In this document: one piece after another, positions 39,076-51,700 of the stretch
Position numbering within the stretch: position 1 is the stretch's first letter
Layout of the letters: each line of letters begins with the position of its first letter
From: Octopus sinensis
Taxonomy: Eukaryota
Direction: 5' to 3'
NCBI RefSeq assembly: GCF_006345805.1
Contig: NC_043025.1
Span: forward strand, 1,674,001-1,738,000
Length of the DNA: 64,000 nt
Translations under genes and position numbers: made by a program
The notes under the pieces: generated by a model
What the model was told of the DNA's origin: nothing
Database searches by the model: none
Seen by the model: only the letters and a program-made list of their open reading frames with translations

Positions 39076-39338
39076 TATATTGTATAGAGGGCATTATTAC
39101 ACATAAATGCCTCACACTAGGAGGGACAAAGTCATTACTACCAAAATTATACTAATCAAACCCAAATGCAGTTTTTCAAAGCAAGACATTTAAAAAAATG
39201 AATTTAGTTCTGAACTAAATTCATTTTTTTAAATGTCTTGCTTTGAAAAACTGCATTTGGGTTTGATTAGTATAATTTTGGTAGTAATGACTTTGTCCCT
39301 CCTAGTGTGAGGCATTTATGTGTAATAATGCCCTCTAT

Positions 39339-39346
<8 letters not shown>
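39076..39346. repeat. Perfect 271-bp palindrome (135-bp arms, 1-nt centre at 39211) beside (TA)n
   Basis: tatattgtatagagggcattattac..gaatttagttc-t-gaactaaattc..gtaataatgccctctatacaatata. Confidence 0.92.
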
Positions 39347-39398
<52 letters not shown>

Positions 39399-39973
39399 AT
39401 ATATATATACGTATATATATATATATATGCGTGAGCGGAAAAGACCACCCGAAAGACCTCCACAACGGTGGAGTGACGATTTCATGAGGACGATTGGAAT
39501 CACGTGGATGAGAAAGGCGCGATACAGAGAGGAGTGGACAGCGAGCTGTGACCAGCGGTGTCAAATGGACGCCTGACGGACTGGTCGGTCAAAGTGATCA
39601 AGTGATATATATACATACATACATGCATACATACTTACATACATATGAATATATATGTGTGTGTATGTATGGCAGTACATACCAAACTTAAGTACCGGAG
39701 CACACGCAAAGGACCCTGCTTTATTGTATCCAATCTCTAGTGTTCTAACATTCAATATTGTTATGACATGTCCACAAGAAGCCAGAGGATAAATGTTGTG
39801 TACAAGAAGTAAGACAGGGAGCTGTTTTTTCAGAATCCCTCATAGAATGGAATGAATGTATTTATCATGGCACTTGCATTATAAAGGTTGTCATCATTTC
39901 TCTCTGTTTCTCTTTCTATCTCTCATAAATAAATCCACACGTATATATATTTACAAATAATTCTAAAACTTAC

Positions 39974-40183
39974 CTTATCGAAGACGGTTAAGGATTCATC
40001 CTCAGAATGGAACTCCTCTTTCCTCACCGCAAGGTGAAGACAATTGTTTCCGTTACCATCGACCACATTTACGTCTGCTCCTTTAGAAATGAATTCCTGC
40101 ATTATTCTGAAGTTGCCGCAAGAGACAGCTTGAAGAAATGGTGTCATATTATCACAGTTTGTTATGTTCAATTTCACTGAATC
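39974..40183 (-). CDS. Module B first exon: two ankyrin repeats (210 nt)
   Basis: caaag|gat..aag|gtaagt, phase 0/0. Differs from 20935-21144 at 3 amino acids. Confidence 0.88.
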
Positions 40184-41058
40184 CTTTGTCGAAGTAAAAA
40201 TAGAGAATGAAAATTTACATGAAAACCAGGGTGTCATTACTGCCTTCTACTGGGTACTTGATCAAACCGATCACGTACATTTCATGTTTGTCAGTAAAGT
40301 TAGCCTTGCATAAGGTCCCTCTATAACTTATGGCTGTGTTTAAGAGACATGATAAATCTATTTAGATGTCATAAACAGATTGGTTCAGCCTAATCTATGT
40401 TTGTCCCTCGCTATAGTAAGTTTTAAGGGAGTTAAACTGCACTGAGCACAAGATTAATGGATTAAGCTTGGGAAAAAAGAACTATACGACTTTTTCTATA
40501 CATTTGATGTTAATATATTAATAAGGGGCTCAGAATAGTTATATGTATATATATAGTTATATATATTCATAATTAATCAATATAGGGTGCCAAAAAAAAT
40601 TTTGTAGAATTTTTTTGCCACCAGCGGCCTAGTGGGAAAAAATTAAATAGTCATAGACCATTTTTAAGTTCAAAATCAACAATCAAGGAACGGCCATAAT
40701 AGGCCATTCACCCACTAGAAATAACAGCCAAAGCTTCAACCGCAAATAAAAGTCAATTCCGTAAACAGGAGAAAATTTAAAAAACATTTACCCTGTAATT
40801 TCTTATACGGTGCACCGTTTCGTCTGCTGTTTAATGGTAAACTAACCTGATTAAATTAAATCAAGCCAATCTTCCATAGTCACCCTATATTGATTAATTA
40901 TGAATTTTCTGGTTAATTCCGTAATGGAATCGACGGCTTATATTTATTTGCTGCCGATAAATTTGGCGCGAGTGCGATGATTTGAAAATTTTAGGTCAGA
41001 TATTAACTTGGCAGGGTCGGAAATGCCTCGTGTAAATATCTGTTCCGACTTGTGGCTA

Positions 41059-41163
41059 TTTCTTACTGAAGAATCTGAGGGCCTATGGAAGATTGGCTTG
41101 ATTTAATTTAATCAGGTTAGTTTACCATTAAACAGCAGACGAAACGGTGCACCGTATAAGAAA
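41059..41163 (+). ncRNA. Type I hammerhead ribozyme, array unit 1
   Basis: Stem I tttctta/taagaaa, CUGAAGA, stem II tctg/caga (A-C at the base, large insert), GAAA, palindromic stem III acggtgcaccgt, GUA cleavage after 41156. Confidence 0.8.
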
Positions 41164-41550
41164 TTACAGGGTAAATGTTTTTTAAATTTTCTCCTGTTTA
41201 CGGAATTGACTTTTATTTGCGGTTGAAGCTTTGGCTGTTATTTCTAGTGGGTGAATGGCCTATTATGGCCGTTCCTTGATTGTTGATGTTGAACTTAAAA
41301 ATGGTCTATGACTATTTAATTTTTTCCCACTAGGCCGCTGGTGGCAAAAAAATTCTACAAAATTTTTTTTGGCACCCTATATTGATTAATTATGAATTTT
41401 CTGGTTAATTCCGTAATGGAATCGACGGCTTATATTTATTTGCTGCCGATAAATTTGGCGCGAGTGCGATGATTTGAAAATTTTAGGTCAGATATTAACT
41501 TGGCAGGGTCGGAAATGCCTCGTGTAAATATCTGTTCCGACTTGTGGCTA

Positions 41551-41655
41551 TTTCTTACTGAAGAATCTGAGAGCCTATGGAAGATTGGCTTGATTTAATT
41601 TAATCAGGTTAGTTTACCATTAAACAGCAGACGAAACGGTGCACCGTATAAGAAA
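41551..41655 (+). ncRNA. Type I hammerhead ribozyme, array unit 2
   Basis: Same fold. Cleavage after 41648. Confidence 0.8.
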
Positions 41656-42041
41656 TTACAGGGTAAATGTTTTTTAAATTTTCTCCTGTTTACGGAATTG
41701 ACTTTTATTTGCGGTTGAAGCTTTGGCTGTTATTTCTAGTGGTGAATGGCCTATTATGGCCGTTCCTTGATTGTTGATGTTGAACTTAAAAATGGTCTAT
41801 GACTATTTAATTTTTTCCCACTAGGCCGCTGGTGGCAAAAAAATTCTACAAAATTTTTTTTGGCACCCTATATTGATTAATTATGAATTTTCTGGTTAAT
41901 TCCGTAATGGAATCGACGGCTTATATTTATTTGCTGCCGATAAATTTGGCGCGAGTGCGATGATTTGAAAATTTTAGGTCAGATATTAACTTGGCAGGGT
42001 CGGAAATGCCTCGTGTAAATATCTGTTCCGACTTGTGGCTA

Positions 42042-42146
42042 TTTCTTACTGAAGAATCTGAGGGCCTATGGAAGATTGGCTTGATTTAATTTAATCAGGT
42101 TAGTTTACCATTAAACAGCAGACGAAACGGTGCACCGTATAAGAAA
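42042..42146 (+). ncRNA. Type I hammerhead ribozyme, array unit 3
   Basis: Same fold. Cleavage after 42139. Confidence 0.8.
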
Positions 42147-42532
42147 TTACAGGGTAAATGTTTTTTAAATTTTCTCCTGTTTACGGAATTGACTTTTATT
42201 TGCGGTTGAAGCTTTGGCTGTTATTTCTAGTGGGTGAATGGCCTATTATGGCCGTTCCTTGATTGTTGATGTTGAACTTAAAAATGGTCTATGACTATTT
42301 AATTTTTTCCCACTAGGCCGCTGGTGGCAAAAAAATTCTACAAAATTTTTTTTGGCACCCTATATTGATTAATTATGAATTTTCTGGTTAATTCCGTAAT
42401 GGAATCGACGGCTTATATTTATTTGCTGCCGATAAATTTGGCGCGAGTGCGATGATTTGAAAATTTTAGGTCAGATATTAACTTGGCAGGGTCGGAAATG
42501 CTCGTGTAAATATCTGTTCCGACTTGTGGCTA

Positions 42533-42637
42533 TTTCTTACTGAAGAATCTGAGAGCCTATGGAAGATTGGCTTGATTTAATTTAATCAGGTTAGTTTACC
42601 ATTAAACAGCAGACGAAACGGTGCACCGTATAAGAAA
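42533..42637 (+). ncRNA. Type I hammerhead ribozyme, array unit 4
   Basis: Same fold. Cleavage after 42630. Confidence 0.8.
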
Positions 42638-43023
42638 TTACAGGGTAAATGTTTTTTAAATTTTCTCCTGTTTACGGAATTGACTTTTATTTGCGGTTGA
42701 AGCTTTGGCTGTTATTTCTAGTGGGTGAATGGCCTATTATGGCCGTTCCTTGATTGTTGATGTTGAACTTAAAAATGGTCTATGACTATTTAATTTTTTC
42801 CCACTAGGCCGCTGGTGGCAAAAAAATTCTACAAAATTTTTTTTGGCACCCTATATTGATTAATTATGAATTTTCTGGTTAATTCCGTAATGGAATCGAC
42901 GGCTTATATTTATTTGCTGCCGATAAATTGGCGCGAGTGCGATGATTTGAAAATTTTAGGTCAGATATTAACTTGGCAGGGTCGGAAATGCCTCGTGTAA
43001 ATATCTGTTCCGACTTGTGGCTA

Positions 43024-43128
43024 TTTCTTACTGAAGAATCTGAGGGCCTATGGAAGATTGGCTTGATTTAATTTAATCAGGTTAGTTTACCATTAAACAG
43101 CAGACGAAACGGTGCACCGTATAAGAAA
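43024..43128 (+). ncRNA. Type I hammerhead ribozyme, array unit 5
   Basis: Same fold. Cleavage after 43121. Confidence 0.8.
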
Positions 43129-45299
43129 TTACAGGGTAAATGTTTTTTAAATTTTCTCCTGTTTACGGAATTGACATTTATTTGCGGTTGAAGCTTTGGC
43201 TGTTATTTCTAGTGGGTGAATGGCCTATTATGGCCGTTCCTTGATTGTTGATATAGTTATATATATATATATACATATATGTCAAGAAAATCGCACAGAT
43301 ATACACATGGTGTGTGTGTCTTGTTAGTTCATGGGCTGGTTGCATTTTTAGGTGTAAGAGAATATATTCTCAATGCGTCTCGCGTTTGAAACACCTGAAC
43401 GTAAGTCATAAGCAATCAAGGCAACTCACACCATATGTACGTATGTATCTGTGGTATAGCTTTAAAGAGATTTGTTATGCCATGGTGGAATAATGTGAGA
43501 AGGTACAAAGTAAACTACAAAAGGAAAAGAGTGGACTGGGTGCCCCAGCACGAGTGCTTTTTCTTGGCACCAGCACCAGCAGGGTGACCAAATAACTTGT
43601 AAGACAAAGACTTCTCAGCTGAGGGAAAGAATGAAATTGAGGGAAGTGGCTGTGTACCAGGCAGGAGGTTTGACCATGATAGGTGGGAGTAGAGATAGTT
43701 CTCTTATTATAGAGGAAATACTTGGCTGCCCCAGTAGGACAAGGAAGGAAAAGGGAAGATGGGAGTTATGGAGAAAATAGAGAGACAGAATGAAAGAGGA
43801 AGAGAAATAGATGGTGGTGCAGATGCATTGCGGCCTACACTAGGTGAATGGTGGGAAAGTGGAGTATAAGTATTACAAATGAGATAGAGGTTGATGTAGC
43901 ATAAGAGTGTGAGGGAAGATGATTAGAGATGGGGAGGAGGGGACTGTAGCAAATGATGGAGGGAGAAACTGGAGTGGCTGGGGAGGTGGGGGTATTGGTA
44001 GATAATGTGGGAGTATTGAGTGCAGATAGGCATGTGAGGTAGAGTGGAGGGGCCTGCAGCAGGTGATGATCACGGGTGGTGGGATGGGAAGTTGTTGGGA
44101 GGATGGGTCGTGAAGGTGTTTGGAGATTGTATGTAAGATAATTTCTCATAACTTTGTTCCACATCTTCCTGGATCAATCTCGCCCACAGTTTCGTTCCAC
44201 AATAAGAGATCAGCGATTTTTATGCAACCGTCCTCATTCATACACATCACATGGCCGTGCAAACGCAGTCTTCTCTCTTGCACACAACGTCTGAGACGTC
44301 TTATACCCAAGTTTTCTCTTAAGTCTTTTACAGTTTGTAGTATACATGCACATACATACACACATACATACATACATACACACATACATACATACATGCA
44401 TGCATACATACATACATACATACTTACATGAATACATACATACATACATACATACATACATACATGCATACATGTATACACATTTATATACACAAACACA
44501 CATACAAATGATATCTCTTAAGGTATCGTAGCCAGTTGAAAACAGCGAGAGAAGTTTTAATTACAAGAGAACAAATTAATTCGTTTTAAATATGCAAACA
44601 ATTCTTCAAATTAGTTTCTGACATTAATATATTCATCACTCATCAAATCTCAACAATTCTTCATTTTATTATATTTTTCATTGATGGAGAAGAACAATTG
44701 CTTGTTTGGTTCCTGTTCTTCAACTGGGTTTGGTACCAGATGGCATTCCATCTCAGCTATAATGAGATGGTTTTAACATACAGGTTGACAATTGTAATAT
44801 ATTTACCTATGCTGGTGTATTTAATGGATTTGAGGAGAAATATATTCATGTGAGGGTTTGTGTATTTATGTGTGTGTGTGTGATATATATACATATATAT
44901 ATCATCATTATCATCCTCATATCATCATTGTTTAACATCCGTTTTCTATGCTGCTAGCATGGTTTGGACATTTCGACTGGGGTCTGGGAAGCCAGGAGAC
45001 TGCACCAGGCTCCATTCTGGTCTGGCAGTGTTTCTACAACTAATACCCTTCCTAATGCCAACCATTCCGTGAGTGTAGTGGGTCCTACGCATGTAGGCTA
45101 GCAACGGTCATGATCGAATGGTGATTTCCACCTTGACCGGCACGGAGCCAGTCAAGGTGGCACTGGCATCGGCCATGTTCAGAGAGTGCTTTTTGCATGC
45201 CACCGGCACGGGTATCGCAACTACAATTTCCATTTGATTTTCACTTTGATGTTGATGTACTTGACTCAACAGGTCTCCTCAACACAGCAAGTCACCCTA

Positions 45300-47000
45300 C
45301 GATCCAAGGTACTTCTAAATGGGCTGCGGCTGGTTACACGAAACTGGTGTAGGATACAGCCATGAATTCATTTTATTTGCTGGGTATTCACAGTCATAGG
45401 ATATCTCCAGAGGTCCCGGTCTTTCGTTATAGCCTCTGTGAGGCCCAACGTACGAAGGTCATGCTTGACCACCTCATCCTATGTCTTCCTGGGTCTACCT
45501 CTACCCCAGATTCCTTCAACTGTTTGGGCGTGGCATTTCTCTCAAGGCACTTATATTCTGTCGTGTGTGCACACTGACATTACACATCCAGCGGATCATG
45601 CTAGCTTCATTTCTTTCGAGCCTACACATGTCCTCCGCAATCATGGTCCATGTTTCACTGCCGTGAAGCATGGCAGTTCCCACACATGCGTTGTACTATC
45701 TACCTTTCACTCTGATTGAGAGGCCCTTTGTCACCCGTAGGGGTAGAGGCTTTCTAAACTTTGCCCAGGCTCGTCTTACTCTAGTGGTGACATTCTCAGA
45801 GCATCAACCCCCACTTCTAACGTGGTCACTTAGGTAGCGGTAGCTATAAACTACATCTAGTGTCTCCCCCTGGAGTGTGATAGAATCTGTTTTCTGAGCA
45901 TATGTGGTGTTTATTGCACCTGTGCATCTGCTGCACACGAAAGCTATCTTCCCGGTTAATCTTCCTTTGATGTTGCTGCACCTCTTATATGTCCATAGCT
46001 TACACAGGGTACGTCTTATGGAGCTTCTACCTACACCTTTTCTACAGATCGAGCAGGGCCACCTACCTGAAGAGGTGCGTGGTGGGTTTCCCTTACTACT
46101 TGCTAGAACTCTAAGGATTTTTGATTCTAAACCTTGCTTCCACACCTGAAATTTCTTCCCTAGTTCTGGTAGTGATTCTGCTATTAAGGCCAGGTCATCA
46201 CCATTCTTCACTATAGTCACTGCTAATACTAACCTTACTAACACTCTCTCTGTATAGGGCCTGTACAGCCCTTATTAGCCATTCGTCAATCTCCAGTTTC
46301 CTCATCGCCCACCAGATAAGGCTTTCTCCAAGTCCACAAAATCTAAGTATAGCAGTTTATCTTTGGCTAGGTATTTCACCTGCAGTTGTCAAACCAGGAA
46401 TATAGCATCATTGGTGCTTCTACCCAGCACAAAACCAAACTGCTTCTCATCTAAGAAGACTCTCTCCCTGATGAGATGGGCTGATCTCCGTGACCTGATC
46501 CAGCAGTTTGATACCCCTGTAGTTATTTCTATCTAGAGCATCACCTTTACCCTTGTAGCAGTTGACTATGGTGCTGCTACGCCAGTCGTTGGGTATGTCT
46601 CCATTATGAACTACCTGGTTTACAATGCGGGTGACTAGGCCATAGCCCACACCACCAGATATTTTAAGCATCTCAGCAATGATTCCTGATGGATCGGGGC
46701 TTTTCGTGGCTCCATACCCTTAATTGCTTGATCTACTAGGGAGCTGTCTATTCGAATAGCTGGTCCCTCTAAGGGTCGACATTTCGCAGGCTTTTCTTCT
46801 CCCATTCATTCTCCACGTTCAGCAGTCTTTCATAATGGCTTCTCGAAGACTCTTTCTTTTCCGAATCGTTAAAAGCAAGTGCACCATCATCCATGCGGAC
46901 GCATTTCTCTCCTGTGACATCACAATTTTCTCTCACCCACTGTCTTGCAATCCGAAGTACCTCAGTTCTTTGGTCCTCACGTCGCTGAATATTGGCAAAC
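45300..47000 (-). mobile_element. Degenerate RTE-clade LINE fragment
   Basis: Motifs DDLALIAESLPEL; SGRWPCSICRKGVGR; MLKISG..YKGKGDALDRNNYRGIKLLDQV. Many stops. Confidence 0.82.
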
Positions 47001-47296
47001 TTCCTCTTTATATATACATATATATATATATATAAAATATAAATTATAGATAAAACCATTATTATGCAACTTAAACAGTGATAGACATAAACCAAAACAA
47101 TATTTTATGTGTTATTTATGTATTGGCTTATGTCAATCACTGTTTGAATTGCCTAATAGTGGTTTTATCTCTAATTCATATTTTATATATTTATATTGTG
47201 AAATTTGATTTAATACTAAATTGAATTTTTCCCTGTAAGTTTGGAATTATACTCCCTATACACCCCCACACACAAACACACACACATATATATATA

Positions 47297-47335
<39 letters not shown>

Positions 47336-47897
47336 TGTTGTCCCTCAATGCTGCTCCCTCCTCTCGAGAGGTCATGTTCAGCAAGTTACTTGGTACCCTC
47401 ACAACTGCTGGTGCCACACACAAAAAAACACCCAGTAACACTCTGTATAGTGCCAATACCAAGAGTAGAGTTTGGTGCAGTCTTCTGACTTACCAGCTCC
47501 TATCAAAACGTCCAACCCATGCCAGCATGGAAAATGGACGTTGAATGATGATGATGTTGATGGTGGTGGTGGTGGTGGTTGTGGTGGTGATGGCGAATGG
47601 CAGACATAAAATGTGATATATTTGGATTAATTTCATCATAATCGTGTACATATTTTCTATAATCTAGCCATTAAAAATGGTATTGTCTGTGGTGGTGGTC
47701 AGCTGAACTGTCTCCACACCATTACCATTACTATTATTATCATGTTTCTCCACAGACCCAAGACCTGTCATTTATAGGTCAGTGGGGTACAATTGATTAA
47801 ATCTACCCCCAGTATTTCACTGGTACTCTGTTAATGTTAATATTGAGCAGATCAAAAAATACAAGAGAGTGTGTATAATATGCATATGTCAACTAAC

Positions 47898-47934
47898 CTG
47901 GGATAGCATCAATGCCACGACATCATAGTCTTGC
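47898..47934 (-). CDS. 37-nt exon linking the giant ankyrin exon to the 3' modules
   Basis: Long pyrimidine tract ..tttttag|g caa gac tat gat gtc gtg gca ttg atg cta tcc cag|gttagt, phase 2/0. It completes GDTPLHRAVV(R)QDYDVVALMLSQ|DSVKLN. Confidence 0.8.
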
Positions 47935-48792
47935 CTAAAAATTATAGAAAGAAGAAAGAAACATATAGAAAATACGAAAATCATAGAGGTTGAGATAATT
48001 AATAATTATTAGGTCATTAATTAGTGAAAACAGATGTAATGAGCTACCTAAAACCTGTTTACATCAATAATTATATAGACACATATAAATACAATCGATA
48101 TATACACTCTAACCAGTTGATTATTCATATATACACATCTGAATAAACACCACAATGTTTTCTATGGTACAACGAACAACAAGTTGACCTCAGCAGGATT
48201 TGAACTCATAATGCAAAGTGTTGTAAATACATACCAACAGTAATAAGAAACAGGAAGAGGATAGAATCCCTGAATATTACTATTTGATATTAAATGAACC
48301 TCTAGATATCACTGGTATAGATTATATTGATCCCAGAGTGACAATAGATACTCTGGCATTATTTGAACTTGGAGCATAAAATAAACAAAAGTAAATCCTG
48401 TAAGGGGGTGGTTCTGTCATTTAACCTAGGGTCAGAGGAAAAAGGAACATTATAAGAGGGGGAGGGAGAGAGAGAGAGTATGAGAGATAGAGAAAGAGAG
48501 AGTAATTGGGGGTTTTACGTGGAATCAAACAAAGAAGACGAAGAATTTGAATCTGAAATGTTGTGGTATGGGGGATGAGGTGGAATAATGGATTTAGTCA
48601 GGTGACAAGAACAAGAATAACAATAATTATGGGGACGATTAATTAATGCTGTAGATCACAGTATCATTACACTATGAGAGAGAGTAGAAGGTTGACCCAT
48701 GGTGGGAATATGATATCATTGAGTCAGTAAAACAAAACATTATTGAAAGGTAAGAAAGAGATTTGGATATTCCAGATCCAATGAGGACTTAC

Positions 48793-51700
48793 CTGACAAC
48801 TGCCCGATGTAGCGGTGTGTCACCAGATTTATTTACCATACATACGCCAATGCCACACTTCTTCAGTAGATGTTTAACAATTTCTGTGTGTCCATAAGCA
48901 CTAGCGAAATGTAATGGCGTTTCACCATCATTATTCGCCGCATTTACATTAATGCTAGACTGCTTCAGTAGATGTCCAACAGTTTCTAGGTCTCCCTTCA
49001 TACATGCCCGATGTAGGGGAGTGTTACCATATTTGTTTACCATACGGACGTCAATGTCGGACTTATTCAACAGATGTTTAACAATTTCTGTGTGTCCACA
49101 AGCACTAGCGAAATGTAATGGCGTTTCACCATCATTATTCGCCGCATTTACATTAATGCTAGACTGCTTCAGTAGATGTTCAACAGTCGCTAGGTGCCCC
49201 TTCATAGAGGCGAAGTGTAGTGGTGTGTCCCGATCATTATCCTCAGCATTTACATCAACATCAGCCTGCTTCAGTAGATGTTCAACAATCTCTAGGTGTC
49301 CACGAGAGCAAGCCAGATATAGAGGTGTGCCACCGTGCTTATTCTTTACGCTGACGACCATACCAGATCGCTGCAGTAGAAGTTTAAAAGTCTCTGGCTG
49401 TCCATTTATACATGCCCGATGTAAAGCTGTGTTGCCGTATTTATTTACCATACGGACGTCAATGTCAGACTTCTTCAACAGATGTTTAACAATTTCTGTG
49501 TGTCCATCAGCACTGGCCAGATGTAATGGCGTTTCACCATCATTATTCGCCGCATTTACATTAATGCTAGACTGATTCAGAAGATTTTCAACAGTCGCTA
49601 GGTGTCCTTTCATAGAGGCGAGATGTAGTGGTGTGTCCCGATCATGATCCTCAGCATTTATATCAGTATCAAATGTCTTCAACAGATGTTTAACAATTTC
49701 TGTGTGTCCATAAGCACTAGCGAAATGTAATGGCGTTTCACCATCATTATTCGCCGCATTTACGTTAATGCTAGACTGCTTCAGTAGATGTTCAACAGTT
49801 GCTAGGTGTCCATTCATAGAGGCGAGATGTAGTGGTGTGTTCCGATCGTTATCCTCAGCATTTACATCAATATCAGACTGCTTCAGTAGATGTTCAACAA
49901 TCTCTAGGTGTCCACGAGCGCAAGCCAGATATAGAGGTGTGCCACCGTGCTTATTCTTTACGCTGACGACCATTCCAGATTGTTGCAGTAGCAGCTCAAC
50001 AACCTGTAGGTGTCCACGAGCGCAAGCCAGTGACAGAGGTGTGTTACCGTCCTTATTCTTTACGCTGACGACCATTTCAGATCGCTGCAGTAGAAGTTTA
50101 AAAGTCTCTATCTGTCCATTTATACATGCCCGATGTAAAGCTGTGTTGCCGTATTTATTTACCATACGGACGTCAATGTCAGACTTCTTCAACAGATGTA
50201 TAACAATTTCTGTGTGTCCATCAGCACTAGCGAAAAGTAATGGCGTTTCACCATCATTATCCGCCGTATTTACGTTAATGCTAGACTTCTTCAGTAGAAG
50301 TTTAACAGTTTCTGTGTGACCATCAGCAATGGCCAGATGTAATGGCGTTTCACCATCATTATTCGCGGCATTTACGTTAATGCTAGACTGCTTCAGTAGA
50401 TGTTCAACAGTCGCTAGGTGTCCGTTAATAGAGGCGAGATGTAGTGGTGTGTCCCGATCATGATCCTCAGCATTTATATCAGTATCAAATGTCTTCAACA
50501 GATGTTTAACAATTTCTGTGTGTCCATAAGCACTAGCGAAATGTAATGGCGTTTCACCATCATTATTCGCCGCATTTACGTTAATGCTAGACTGCTTCAG
50601 TAGATGTTCAACAGTTGCTAGGTGTCCATTCATAGAGGCGAGATGTAGTGGTGTGTTCCGATCGTTATCCTCAGCATTTACATCAATATCAGACTGCTTC
50701 AGTAGATGTTCAACAATCTCTAGGTGTCCACGAGCGCAAGCCAGATATAGAGGTGTGCCACCGTGCTTATTCTTTACGCTGACGACCATTCCAGATTGTT
50801 GCAGTAGCAGCTCAACAACCTGTAGGTGTCCACGAGCGCAAGCCAGTGACAGAGGTGTGTTACCGTCCTTATTCTTTACGCTGACGACCATTTCAGATCG
50901 CTGCAGTAGAAGTTTAAAAGTCTCTATCTGTCCATTTATACATGCCCGATGTAAAGCTGTGTTGCCGTATTTATTTACCATACGGACGTCAATGTCAGAC
51001 TTCTTCAACAGATGTATAACAATTTCTGTGTGTCCATCAGCACTAGCGAAAAGTAATGGCGTTTCACCATCATTATCCGCCGTATTTACGTTAATGCTAG
51101 ACTTCTTCAGTAGAAGTTTAACAATTTCTGTGTGACCATCAGCACTGGCCAGATGTAATGGCGTTTCACCATCATTATTCACCGCATTTACGTTAATGCT
51201 AGACTGCTTCAGTAGATGTTCAACAGTCGCTAGGTGTCCGTTAATAGAGGCGAGATGTAGTGGTGTGTCCTGATAATTATCCCCAGAATTTATATCAGTA
51301 TCAGACCGCTGCAGTAGATGTTCAACAGTTTTTGTGTGACCATCAGCACTGGCCAGATGTAATAGCGTTTCACCACCATTATTCGCCGCATTTATGTTAA
51401 TGCTAGACTGCTTCAGTAGATGTTCAACAGTTTCTAGGTGTCCCTTCATATATGCCAGATGTAGGGTAGTGTTACCGTATTTATTTTCCATACGGACGTC
51501 AATGTCAGACTTATTCAACAGATGTTTAACAGCCTCTGTGTGACCACCAGCATTGGCCAGATGTAATGGCGTTTCACCATCATTATTTGCCGCATTTACG
51601 TTAATGCCAGACTTCTTCAGTAGATGTTTAACAATTTCTGTGTGTCCATCATCACTGGCCAGATGTAATGGCGTTTCACCATCATTATTTGCCGCATTTA

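Larger units (their letters stand above)
40567..43250 (+). mobile_element. Retrozyme-like insertion: inverted partial copy (40567-40879) plus about 4.8 tandem 491-492-bp units, each with a type I hammerhead; 16-bp TSD
   Basis: Units start (caccctatattg) at 40881, 41373, 41864, 42356 and 42847. TSD atatagttatatatat at 40551-40566 and 43251-43266. The paralogous empty site is at 21524-21539. No ORF of 60 aa or more. Confidence 0.9.
37071..44885. repeat. Copy B of the segmental duplication (contains the extra 2.7-kb ribozyme array)
   Basis: See 18001-23170. Confidence 0.93.

Noticed and set aside
40881-43250. CRISPR array or ordinary satellite
   Set aside because: There are no unique spacers and the context is eukaryotic. 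The TSD, 5' inversion and ribozyme per unit argue against a simple satellite.
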